The notes below the pieces were generated by a model. That model saw only the letters and a list, made by a program, of their open reading frames with translations, was not told where the DNA came from and did no database searches. DNA of 64,000 nucleotides from a candidate division WOR-3 bacterium (lineage in GTDB: Bacteria; Hydrothermota; Tepidihabitantia; SM23-42), in NCBI GenBank assembly GCA_020349965.1, contig CP070705.1, positions 1,885,789-1,949,788 of the forward strand, in the 5' to 3' direction. A program made the position numbers and the translations under genes. Below, piece by piece: positions 36,462 through 45,250 of this stretch; position 1 is the stretch's first letter; each line of letters begins with the position of its first letter.

Positions 36462-36489
36462 AATATACGGATATGTGAAATAATGTCAA
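36462..36489 (-). promoter_or_regulatory. Promoter of the pilin-like gene
   Basis: TTGACA-N16-TATATT-N5-GTG. Confidence 0.65.
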
Positions 36490-36516
36490 TGGGTACGAAA
36501 TTCTGTTACTTGACTA

Positions 36517-36544
36517 TTGACTTATCGGTGGAATTGGCTATTAT
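36517..36544 (+). promoter_or_regulatory. Promoter of the rpsH ribosomal block
   Basis: TTGACT-N16-TATTAT. Confidence 0.72.
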
Positions 36545-36598
36545 TAATGTCTATGTTTAAAATCATGAGTCTATTGAAAGAGAATTCCAGGAGGATAG

Positions 36599-36982
36599 AT
36601 GGACCCAATTGCTGACATGTTAACCATCATCAGGAATGGCTGCCGTGGTCAGAAACAAGAGGTTACTGTGCCTTATTCGCGATTGAAGACCGAAATACTG
36701 AGGGTTATCCTCGAAGAAGGTTATATAAATAATTTTACGCTTGATGCCAAGAAAAAGAAGATAACGATCATGTTGAAGTATGCAAAGAACGGCGAATCAG
36801 TCATTCGCAATCTCGAGAGGGTCTCCAAATGTTCCCGTCGGCTCTATGTATCAAAAACAGATATCCGGCCGGTGCTAGGAGGTTTAGGTACGGCCATACT
36901 GACCACGCCCCTCGGCGTACTCAGTGACCGCGAAGCACGGCGCAAAGGTGTAGGCGGTGAAATCATCGCCCACGTATACTAA
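36599..36982 (+). CDS. rpsH: 30S ribosomal protein S8
   Basis: MDPIADMLTIIRN, EEGYI, VLGGLG, GVGGE. Confidence 0.98.
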   Translation: MDPIADMLTIIRNGCRGQKQEVTVPYSRLKTEILRVILEEGYINNFTLDAKKKKITIMLKYAKNGESVIRNLERVSKCSRRLYVSKTDIRPVLGGLGTAILTTPLGVLSDREARRKGVGGEIIAHVY

Positions 36983-36994
36983 TAGGGGGCATGG

Positions 36995-37564
36995 ATGTCA
37001 AAAAATCGTTTTCGTCCAATAGTGATTCCCAAAGGGGTGAAGATCACGTTGACTGATGCCACGCTTAAGGTAACGGGACCGCTGGGGAATCTCGAGCAGA
37101 AAATCTGTCCTAAGTCTCAGGTTATCATCGAACAGGATAAAATTTCGATACAGGCACTTGATAATACAAAACAGTCGGCGGCACAGCAAGGCACAATGAG
37201 GACATTGATTCTGAACATGATCGATGGCGTAATCAAAGGTTTTGAGAAGACCCTGATCATTGAGGGAACTGGCTACCGTGCACAAATGAGTGGCACAGGC
37301 TTACAACTATTCCTGGGTTATGTAAAGCCGAGGACCGTCGTGCTGCCCAAAGACATCAAGTGCGAACTGAAGGTCGTGAAGAGCGCGGAAAAGGGCGATC
37401 TGACATACATAACGCTTAAGGGAATCGATAAACAGAAGGTGGGCGACATCGCGGCACTGATCAAGAAGACTAGAAAACCGGACCCTTACAAACACAAGGG
37501 CGTTCGGTACGCAGACGAGACACTGAGGAAGAAGATCGGCAAGCGCGCAGTTGTACAAGCATAA
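36995..37564 (+). CDS. rplF: 50S ribosomal protein L6
   Basis: [37 protein letters not shown]. Confidence 0.97.
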   Translation: MSKNRFRPIVIPKGVKITLTDATLKVTGPLGNLEQKICPKSQVIIEQDKISIQALDNTKQSAAQQGTMRTLILNMIDGVIKGFEKTLIIEGTGYRAQMSGTGLQLFLGYVKPRTVVLPKDIKCELKVVKSAEKGDLTYITLKGIDKQKVGDIAALIKKTRKPDPYKHKGVRYADETLRKKIGKRAVVQA

Positions 37565-37574
37565 GGAGGAATGC

Positions 37575-37919
37575 TTGACACTAACCGGAAGACAAAAGAG
37601 GCATCAGAGTATAAGAAAGAAACTCACCGGTACGAATGAGCGTCCAAGGCTTTGTGTTTTCCGAAGCAACAAACACATCTATGCCCAGGTGATCGATGAC
37701 ACAAAACACAACGTGCTGCTCGGTTACTCCTCCTCCGAACTGAAGGGTTTGAAGAATAAGAATAAAACGGAAATAGCGACCGAAGTTGGCAAGACTATTG
37801 GCAAGCTCGCTATTGAGAAGGGTATTACGCATGTAGCATTCGACCGCGCCGGCTACAAGTACCATGGACGTGTCAAAGCGTTGGCAGACGGCGCCCGTGC
37901 TGCAGGATTGAAGTTCTAG
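37575..37919 (+). CDS. rplR: 50S ribosomal protein L18 (TTG start after AAGGAGG)
   Basis: [40 protein letters not shown]. Confidence 0.97.
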   Translation: MTLTGRQKRHQSIRKKLTGTNERPRLCVFRSNKHIYAQVIDDTKHNVLLGYSSSELKGLKNKNKTEIATEVGKTIGKLAIEKGITHVAFDRAGYKYHGRVKALADGARAAGLKF

Positions 37920-37930
37920 AAGGAGGTCCG

Positions 37931-38482
37931 GTGTTAGAATCTTCACCATTCATTGAGAAACTTATCGAGCTGAAGAGAGTCTCCAAAGTGGTCAAGGGAG
38001 GAAAAAGACTGAAGCTCTACGCATGTGTCGTCGTGGGTGATGGCACCGGGAATGTCGGCATCGGCCACGCAAAATCATCCGAAGTCGCCCCAGCAATCAG
38101 AAAAGCCACTGAGAGCGCAAAGAAGAAAATGATGAAGGTCGACGTCACAGAAGGCACAATACTGCATCCCACCATAGGAAAATACTGCGCCTGTAAGGTG
38201 GTCCTCAAGCCAGCGCTGATCGGTACGGGTATAATAGCATCGAGTGCCGTACGTGCGGTCTGTGAGGCTGCCGGTATCAAGAACATCCTCACCAAATCTC
38301 TAGGGTCGCATAATCCCACGAATCTCGCGCGGGCGACCATAAACGGACTGAAATCGATCCGCTCAGTCGCCGAGGTTGCCGAAATGCGTAACAAACCTAT
38401 AGAATACTTCATTAGGAAGAAACATGAGAAAATTGAAGATAACACTGAAAAAGAGCCTGATCGACAAACAGAAGAAGCATAA
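37931..38482 (+). CDS. rpsE: 30S ribosomal protein S5
   Basis: RVSKVVKGG, VVVGD, EVAPAIRKA, GTGIIA, KSLGS.NP.N. Confidence 0.97.
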   Translation: MLESSPFIEKLIELKRVSKVVKGGKRLKLYACVVVGDGTGNVGIGHAKSSEVAPAIRKATESAKKKMMKVDVTEGTILHPTIGKYCACKVVLKPALIGTGIIASSAVRAVCEAAGIKNILTKSLGSHNPTNLARATINGLKSIRSVAEVAEMRNKPIEYFIRKKHEKIEDNTEKEPDRQTEEA

Positions 38483-38618
38483 GAAAACGCTCAAGGCTTT
38501 GGGCTTAACGAAGATAGGAAAAACAAGGATTTTTCCGGATAACGATGCTGTCCGGGGAATGATTGGGCAAGTATCCTACATGGTTGAGGTCGAGGAAATA
38601 GAACATGAAGCTAAATGA
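38424..38618 (+). CDS. rpmD: 50S ribosomal protein L30
   Basis: LKITLKKSLI, TLKALGL, VRGMI. Confidence 0.95.
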   Translation: MRKLKITLKKSLIDKQKKHKKTLKALGLTKIGKTRIFPDNDAVRGMIGQVSYMVEVEEIEHEAK

Positions 38619-39045
38619 GCTAAGGCCTTCAAAAGGTGCAACGAAGAAACCCAAAAGAGTCGGACGCGGTCCTGGATCAGGGCACGGAAAGACCTCCACA
38701 CGCGGCCACAAAGGCCATCAACAGCGATCCGGATTCCGCAAGAAACTGGGCTTTGAGGGTGGGCAGATGCCTCTTACGATAAGAATTCCAAAGCGCGGAT
38801 TCATCAACGTCTTCAAGGAGCAGTACGAAATTGTAAATCTCGAGAGTCTCAACAAATTTGAGCCTAACACGGAAATTACTCCCGAGTTACTGAAAGTCAA
38901 GGGATTGATCAGAGGTAGGAACAAAGTGAAAATACTCGGTAACGGAGAACTCTCCATACCGTTGACGGTCAAGGCCCACAGATTTTCGAAATCGGCGCGC
39001 GAGAAGATATTGAAAGCGAACGGAAAGGCCGAGCAGATCACATGA
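38605..39045 (+). CDS. rplO: 50S ribosomal protein L15
   Basis: RVGRGPGSGHGKT, GFEGGQMPL..RIPKRGF, KILGNG. Confidence 0.98.
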   Translation: MKLNELRPSKGATKKPKRVGRGPGSGHGKTSTRGHKGHQQRSGFRKKLGFEGGQMPLTIRIPKRGFINVFKEQYEIVNLESLNKFEPNTEITPELLKVKGLIRGRNKVKILGNGELSIPLTVKAHRFSKSAREKILKANGKAEQIT

Positions 39046-40355
39046 TCTCAACGTTCGGTAACGTATTCAAGGTTCCAGAATTAAAGAAGAAACTCCTCTT
39101 TACACTCTTCGCGGTAGCAGTCTACCGCCTCGGTGCTCACCTACCCCTCCCCGGCATCAATGCCCAGGCACTAGGATTGCTGATGCAGCAGTTGAAACAA
39201 CAGGGATCGATATTTGGCATGTACGATATCTTCGTTGGCGGAGCGCTTTCGCGAGCGGCGATCCTCTTCCTTGGCGTCATGCCCTACATCTCAGCATCGA
39301 TCATCTTTCAGTTACTTGGCTCGGTGTTCCCTCAGATCGAAAGGCTTCAGCGTGACCAGGCCGGCCGGAGGAAGATCACTCAATACACAAGATATCTAAC
39401 GGTTGGTCTGGCAGCCTTCCAGGCGATCAGCATCTCGATCTTTCTGGAGAGTCAGAAATTTACGGGCGCCACAGGTGTCATTCCCATTGTGTTCAACCCT
39501 GGCTGGGCCTTCAGGCTCACGGCCATGCTGACCCTGACGTGCGGGGCAATATTTGCTATGTGGATCGGTGAGCAGATCACTGAAAAGGGTATCGGTAATG
39601 GTATCTCTTTCCTGATATTCATCGGTTGTCTCGAAGAGTATCCGAGCTACTTCCTCCGCACGATACAATTGGTCATGACCCAAGGGCTTTCAATCATAAA
39701 CCTAGTCCTGGTGATCGTGATCATGGTCTTTATCGTCGCCGCCGTCGTCATAATGACACAGGCTGCGCGACGCATCCCTGTCCAGTATCCTAAACGGATC
39801 GTAGGACGCAGAATGTACGGAGGACAGTCGACCTTCCTGCCGTTGCGCGTCAACACCGCCGGCGTTATCCCGATCATCTTTGCGCAGGCCCTCGTGGTCT
39901 TCCCGGGCACTGTTGCCGCCTATGTCCCGGCGCTGCAGACTCTCACCCAGACCTTCAGGCCAGGACATTTTCTCTATGACATTGTATTCTTCTCGTTGAT
40001 CGTCTTCTTCACCTATTTCTACACATCGGTGGTATTCAATCCGGTGGAACTGTCTGATAATATGAAGCGGTACGGTGGGTTCATTCCGGGCATCAGGCCG
40101 GGACCCAGGACAGCTAATTACGTCGACGGCGTCCTATCGAAAATAACTCTGCCGGGAGCACTGTTTCTCGGTTTCATCGCGCTTGTACCTTGGTATTTAA
40201 TAAATTTCCTCAACGTACCATTTTACTTTGGCGGAACGACCCTGTTGATCATCGTCGGTGTTGCCCTTGACACGCTGCAGCAGATAGAATCCCAATTGAT
40301 GATGTACCACTACGAAGGTTTCATGAAGCGAGGGAAGATCAGGGGTCGTCGATGA
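39042..40355 (+). CDS. secY: Preprotein translocase subunit SecY
   Basis: LGVMPYISASII, GEQITEKGIGNGIS, AGVIPIIFA, IPGIRPG, GGTTLLIIVGV. Confidence 0.98.
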   Translation: MISTFGNVFKVPELKKKLLFTLFAVAVYRLGAHLPLPGINAQALGLLMQQLKQQGSIFGMYDIFVGGALSRAAILFLGVMPYISASIIFQLLGSVFPQIERLQRDQAGRRKITQYTRYLTVGLAAFQAISISIFLESQKFTGATGVIPIVFNPGWAFRLTAMLTLTCGAIFAMWIGEQITEKGIGNGISFLIFIGCLEEYPSYFLRTIQLVMTQGLSIINLVLVIVIMVFIVAAVVIMTQAARRIPVQYPKRIVGRRMYGGQSTFLPLRVNTAGVIPIIFAQALVVFPGTVAAYVPALQTLTQTFRPGHFLYDIVFFSLIVFFTYFYTSVVFNPVELSDNMKRYGGFIPGIRPGPRTANYVDGVLSKITLPGALFLGFIALVPWYLINFLNVPFYFGGTTLLIIVGVALDTLQQIESQLMMYHYEGFMKRGKIRGRR

Positions 40356-41020
40356 GGATACTACTTTTCGGTCCGCCAGGCGTTGGTAAAGGCACGCAGG
40401 CACAGCTTCTCACTGAAAAATACGACATGGTGAGACTCTCCTCAGGTGATCTATTACGCGAAGAAGTATCCTTGAGCAGTCCAATCGGCAAGAAGGTCGA
40501 GCAGTTCCTCAGGAAGGGACATCTTGTGCCTGATGATATTATATATGAACTCGTCGACAGTTTCCTTCTTGAAAATAAAGAGTCTGATATTCTCTTCGAT
40601 GGGTTTCCAAGAAACCTCAATCAGGCGCGTAGCCTTGAGAAGAGCCTTGCTCAATTGGGACAGACCATAGACATTGCATTTGAGATGTATTTGGACGAAG
40701 AAGATCTGATTAAAAGACTGACCGACCGGCGTTACTGCCCAAAATGCGGTCGCATATACAATTCTACCACAAACCCTCCGAAAACCGAAGGCATATGCGA
40801 TGTCGATCGAGTAAAGCTCTCAAGAAGGGAAGATGATAATCCAGATGTCATCAAGAGAAGACTTACAATCTACAAGGATGAAACACGACCGCTCGTCAAT
40901 TATTACAAATCATTGAATATCTACCGCCGCATCGACGCGAAGGGAAATCAGGAAGAAGTATTAGGGAGAATCAGCGAAGCCGTTAATGGACACATTGATA
41001 ACAAATGCAGAAGCAATTGA
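40352..41020 (+). CDS. adk: Adenylate kinase
   Basis: GPPGVGKGTQA, SGDLLR, DGFPR, LID with CPKC, REDD. Confidence 0.97.
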   Translation: MRILLFGPPGVGKGTQAQLLTEKYDMVRLSSGDLLREEVSLSSPIGKKVEQFLRKGHLVPDDIIYELVDSFLLENKESDILFDGFPRNLNQARSLEKSLAQLGQTIDIAFEMYLDEEDLIKRLTDRRYCPKCGRIYNSTTNPPKTEGICDVDRVKLSRREDDNPDVIKRRLTIYKDETRPLVNYYKSLNIYRRIDAKGNQEEVLGRISEAVNGHIDNKCRSN

Positions 41021-41744
41021 AAGTATTAAGATCGCCGGCCGCATCCTTGATCAAGTATTCAAGAGCATCGAGAAGATGGATCTGACACGCATGAAGACCA
41101 TCGATTTGAATGACCGTATCGATACGCTGATACGTCAAGACGGCGGGATCCCGGCTTTTCTTAACTACCGTGGGTTTCCAAAGAGTTGCTGTGTGTCGCT
41201 GAATAATGAAGTCGTCCACGGCATTCCCGGCGACCGCCGCATTGAAAATGGCGACCTGGTAAAGATCGATGTCGGCGTCAAATACGGTGGCTATATAGCC
41301 GATGCTGCAAGAACATACCCGACAGGTAATTTGGCTCCTGAGGTGGAAGATATGCTCAAGGTGACACAACAGGCACTTATGGATGGCGTGAGTGCTGCAC
41401 AACCTGGAGCCAGGATATCAGACATCTCACGGGCCATACAATCGAGGGTCGAGAAAAATGGTTATAGTGTCGTCCGTGAATTGACAGGCCACGGTGTGGG
41501 CACATGCCTCCATGAGGAGCCGGTCATTCCAAATTACGTAAGCAACGGACCGGAATACCGTATTAGAACCGGCATGGCACTGGCGATCGAACCGATGGTG
41601 AATATGGGAACTTACGATGTACTGACGGCGCAAAACGGGTGGACAATACTAACGCGGGATAACTCGCTTTCCTGCCACTACGAAGATACGGTATTGATTC
41701 TCGACCATGGCAACATCAATTTGACTAGAATTACGGATAATTGA
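40986..41744 (+). CDS. map: Methionine aminopeptidase type I
   Basis: [40 protein letters not shown]. Confidence 0.97.
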   Translation: MDTLITNAEAIESIKIAGRILDQVFKSIEKMDLTRMKTIDLNDRIDTLIRQDGGIPAFLNYRGFPKSCCVSLNNEVVHGIPGDRRIENGDLVKIDVGVKYGGYIADAARTYPTGNLAPEVEDMLKVTQQALMDGVSAAQPGARISDISRAIQSRVEKNGYSVVRELTGHGVGTCLHEEPVIPNYVSNGPEYRIRTGMALAIEPMVNMGTYDVLTAQNGWTILTRDNSLSCHYEDTVLILDHGNINLTRITDN

Positions 41745-41745
41745 A

Positions 41746-41964
41746 ATGGCACGTAAAGATCTCATTCAGACTGAAGGGACAATACTCGAAACACTGCCCA
41801 ATGCGATGTTCCGCGTGGAACTCGACAACGGACATAAGGTCCTCGCCCATGTCTCTGGAAAGATGAGAATGAGTTACATCAAGATCCTGCCCGGCGACCG
41901 GGTGTTACTGGAATTGACTCCATATGATCTTTCGCGAGGAAGAATCGTATGGCGTTACAAATAG
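41746..41964 (+). CDS. infA: Translation initiation factor IF-1
   Basis: [40 protein letters not shown]. Confidence 0.98.
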   Translation: MARKDLIQTEGTILETLPNAMFRVELDNGHKVLAHVSGKMRMSYIKILPGDRVLLELTPYDLSRGRIVWRYK

Positions 41965-41975
41965 ATTGAAAAGGG

Positions 41976-42003
41976 TTGATTTTGTGGATAAATTGACTAT
42001 AAT
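41976..42003 (+). promoter_or_regulatory. Internal promoter for rpmJ and the alpha operon
   Basis: TTGATT-N16-TATAAT. Confidence 0.72.
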
Positions 42004-42023
42004 ATTAGTTTGCAGGAGGAAAA

Positions 42024-42137
42024 TTGAAGGTTAAGGCATCGATCAAGAAAAGGTGCGCAGCGTGTCGAATCATCAAAAGAAAAGGCGTGGTAATGATAAT
42101 ATGCAAGAATCCCCGGCACAAACAACGCCAGGGATAG
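42024..42137 (+). CDS. rpmJ: 50S ribosomal protein L36 (TTG start; absent from ORF track)
   Basis: Hand translation [37 protein letters not shown]; AGGAGG RBS. Confidence 0.97.
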   Translation: MKVKASIKKRCAACRIIKRKGVVMIICKNPRHKQRQG

Positions 42138-42242
42138 TAGTATGCACCTGATGATAGAATTACGGGTCATGACAGGCTATTCGGTTGTGCAGGGCCGCAG
42201 CGGAATCCACAGCGCGGGTTCCTGCCTTATTTAAGGAGGTTT

Positions 42243-42629
42243 ATGGCAAGAATTGCTGGTGTCGATCTGCCACCAAACAAAAAGGTTGAATATGGATTAA
42301 CTGCGATTTATGGTATCGGGTTGCGTACCGCACAGAGGATTGTCGCGCATATAGGCATCAACCAATCAAAGCGCATCAAGGATTTGACGGATGATGAGAT
42401 CACCAAGATAAGGAAGTTGCTAGAATCCGAATACCGAGTCGAGGGGGCACTGCGAGCCGAAATTGCAGCAGATATTAAAAGACTAATAGATATCGGCTGC
42501 TACAGAGGGCACCGCCACAAAATCGGATTGCCAGTGCGTGGCCAACGGACCAGGACTAATGCTCGGACGAGAAAGGGAAGAAAGAAGACCGTATCCGTAT
42601 ACAGAGGTCCGAGAGGAGAGCGCAAGTGA
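42243..42629 (+). CDS. rpsM: 30S ribosomal protein S13
   Basis: [38 protein letters not shown]. Confidence 0.98.
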   Translation: MARIAGVDLPPNKKVEYGLTAIYGIGLRTAQRIVAHIGINQSKRIKDLTDDEITKIRKLLESEYRVEGALRAEIAADIKRLIDIGCYRGHRHKIGLPVRGQRTRTNARTRKGRKKTVSVYRGPRGERK

Positions 42630-43018
42630 AGAAGCCAATCAGAACACCCAAACGCAAAAGGGGCACTAGGGTTGAATCGACAGGCATTGCAAGCATTTTC
42701 GCAACTTTCAACAATACCATCGTTTCCATTGCGGACACCAAAGGTAATGTTCTGTGCTGGTCTTCAGCTGGGCGTATAGGATTCAAGGGTACAAAGAAGG
42801 GCACTGCATATGCAGCAGCAAAATGCGCTGACGCGGCTGCGAGGGAAGCACAGGCATTGGGCGTTAGAAAAGTTGAAGTCCGCATTAAAGGTCCGGGACC
42901 CGGTCGCGAAGCGGCAATAAGAACACTGCAGACGGTCGGGCTGACGATCACGGCCATCAAAGATGTTACACCGCTCCCCCACAACGGCTGTAAACCACCG
43001 CGTAGGAGGAGGGTGTAA
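42626..43018 (+). CDS. rpsK: 30S ribosomal protein S11
   Basis: [31 protein letters not shown]. Confidence 0.98.
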   Translation: MKKPIRTPKRKRGTRVESTGIASIFATFNNTIVSIADTKGNVLCWSSAGRIGFKGTKKGTAYAAAKCADAAAREAQALGVRKVEVRIKGPGPGREAAIRTLQTVGLTITAIKDVTPLPHNGCKPPRRRRV

Positions 43019-43647
43019 TGGCGCGCTATATCGGACCGAAATGTAAGATATGCCGGCGTGAAGGCGAAAAGCTCTTTCTCAGGGGAAGCCGATGCTACAC
43101 TGACAAGTGTGCTTTCACAAGAAGAGGTTACCCGCCAGGCACGCATGGGCGCGTCGGGAGAAGAAAACTGACGTCATACGCCACGCAGCTCCGGGAAAAG
43201 CAGAAGGTCAAAGCCATATATGGGGTACTTGAACAGCAATTCCGCAAGACATTCACCAGGGCAACGAGAATTTCAGGAAATACCGGCGAGAATCTGTTAG
43301 TGCTCCTGGAAAGGCGCTTGGATAATGTGATCTATCAATTGGGATTCGCATCTTCACGCACCCAAGCACGGCAGCTTGTGCGTCATGGACATATTGTAGT
43401 AGATGGTAAGAAAGTGAATGTTCCATCTTATCTCGTGAAAACCGGGCAAGAAATAAAGTTGATCGATTCTCAGAAAAAAAATCCGGCAGTACTCAAATCT
43501 CTCGAGGAACGCGATCTGGATCGGATTGTCGGATGGCTTAAAGTCGATAAGGATACGGTATCCGCTAAAGTACTCAGGCACCCCAATCGTGAGGATATTA
43601 CGTTGCCCATACAAGAAAGTCTAATCGTTGAGTTTTATTCAAAGTAG
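43018..43647 (+). CDS. rpsD: 30S ribosomal protein S4
   Basis: [46 protein letters not shown]. Confidence 0.98.
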   Translation: MARYIGPKCKICRREGEKLFLRGSRCYTDKCAFTRRGYPPGTHGRVGRRKLTSYATQLREKQKVKAIYGVLEQQFRKTFTRATRISGNTGENLLVLLERRLDNVIYQLGFASSRTQARQLVRHGHIVVDGKKVNVPSYLVKTGQEIKLIDSQKKNPAVLKSLEERDLDRIVGWLKVDKDTVSAKVLRHPNREDITLPIQESLIVEFYSK

Positions 43648-43656
43648 AGGGTAAAC

Positions 43657-44640
43657 ATGACACTAAAACCGCTCGTAATGCCAAAAAACGTTGAAATCGA
43701 CAAAGAAGCAACGAACGATACCTTTGGCAGATTCATACTTTCGCCACTCGAACGCGGATTTGGCGTAACCCTTGGCAACTCATTGCGCAGAGTATTGCTT
43801 TCATCCATTCAGGGAGCAGCCATTACAAGAATCAGGATCGAAGATATCCTTCAGGAATTCTCCGCGATCCCGGGTGTTTATGAAGACACAATCCAGCTCA
43901 TAATGAACCTCAAGAACGTCAGGGTAAAGCTGCTGTCAGATGAACCGAGCAATCTATACCTTAAAGTAAAGGCAAAGAAAGAATATCTTGCCGAGAACAT
44001 AGAGAAGAATCCCAACGTGATTGTTGCGAATCCTGAGCAGAAGATACTTACTGTCACGGATACTAAGGTAAACTTCACGCTTGAAATGTACGTCGAGGCT
44101 GGCCGCGGATACGTGCCGTCGGATATGTTGAAACACGGCGAAGTGCCGGTTGGCACCATATTCCTCGACGCAGTCTTCTCACCTGTTCTCGCCGTCAACT
44201 TTGATGTCAAGAACACAAGAGTCGGCACACGGACCGACTACGATCATCTGGTTCTTGACGTGAAGACTGATGGCACGATCACGCCCGTAGAGGCGTTGGT
44301 CGAGGCGTCCGGTTTGATGAAGCATCATCTGTCATTCTTCACAAACCTTGGAGTAGAGCCGCAATTTTCTTCAAAAGAACAACTCGATGCCGAGCATCGG
44401 AGAATCAGAGAGATACTGAAGCGCAGTATCGATGAGCTCGAGATTTCGGTCCGGGCATCCAATTGCCTCAAAGAAAAGGACATAAAGACGATAGGCGAGC
44501 TCGTCAAGAAGAGCAGCAAGGAACTGCTTAGCTATGAGAATTTTGGCCGCAAATCGCTCAAGGAACTGGAGAAAAACCTGGCCAAGGTCGGACTGCACCT
44601 GGAGATGGACGTCAACAAGTACCTGAAAGAGGACATATAA
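43657..44640 (+). CDS. rpoA: RNA polymerase subunit alpha
   Basis: PLERGFGVTLGNSLRRVLLSS, GRGYV, DAVFSPV, ISVRASNCL, NFGRKSL. Confidence 0.98.
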   Translation: MTLKPLVMPKNVEIDKEATNDTFGRFILSPLERGFGVTLGNSLRRVLLSSIQGAAITRIRIEDILQEFSAIPGVYEDTIQLIMNLKNVRVKLLSDEPSNLYLKVKAKKEYLAENIEKNPNVIVANPEQKILTVTDTKVNFTLEMYVEAGRGYVPSDMLKHGEVPVGTIFLDAVFSPVLAVNFDVKNTRVGTRTDYDHLVLDVKTDGTITPVEALVEASGLMKHHLSFFTNLGVEPQFSSKEQLDAEHRRIREILKRSIDELEISVRASNCLKEKDIKTIGELVKKSSKELLSYENFGRKSLKELEKNLAKVGLHLEMDVNKYLKEDI

Positions 44641-44643
44641 TAC

Positions 44644-45189
44644 ATGAGACATGGTAACCGCGTAAAAAAACTCGGCAGAACCAGAGAACATCGCCGCGCC
44701 CTGCTCAGAAATCTCTGCCGCTCTCTGTTCATATTCGAAAAAATCGAGACGACGCTACAGAAGGCAAAAGCAACGCGGCAAGTTGCGGAGAGGCTCATTG
44801 AATTCGCCAAGCGGAACGATCTTGCTGCAAAGAGGCATATATATCGTTACATTCCCGACCATAAACTCGTGAGAGTGATATGTGAAGATATCGGACCGAA
44901 ATTCACCAAGCGTAACGGCGGCTATACGCGTATCATTCGAAAGGGACCGCGTTTGGGCGACGGTGCAGAAATAGTCATACTGGAACTAGTTGAGCAGAAT
45001 GACGCCTCGATGATCGCGCAACGAAGGAAGCTGATTGAAAGAAGGAAACTCGCCGAGCCGAAGAAAGAGAAAAAGACAAAAGAGAAGAAAACCAGAGAGA
45101 CGAAAACCAAGGCAAAAGAGGAAAAGAAACAAGAAAAAGCAGCCAAGAGAAAAGCGCCGAGCAGAAAGACGAAAACCAAAAAGAAATAA
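44644..45189 (+). CDS. rplQ: 50S ribosomal protein L17 with Lys/Glu-rich C-terminal extension
   Basis: MRHG..KKLGR..HR.ALLRN, IETT..KAK, RNGGYTRI, R.GDGA. Confidence 0.97.
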   Translation: MRHGNRVKKLGRTREHRRALLRNLCRSLFIFEKIETTLQKAKATRQVAERLIEFAKRNDLAAKRHIYRYIPDHKLVRVICEDIGPKFTKRNGGYTRIIRKGPRLGDGAEIVILELVEQNDASMIAQRRKLIERRKLAEPKKEKKTKEKKTRETKTKAKEEKKQEKAAKRKAPSRKTKTKKK

Positions 45190-45250
45190 AAGATCGTTAC
45201 CCTACCTGGTCTACAGAAGAACGATTACTATACAGTCGGTTCTCATTCAG

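Noticed and set aside
45035-45250. Arg/Lys-rich N-terminal extension of the 675-aa ORF
   Set aside because: It is the alternative frame of the A-rich rplQ tail. The lipoprotein signal starts at ATG 45251.
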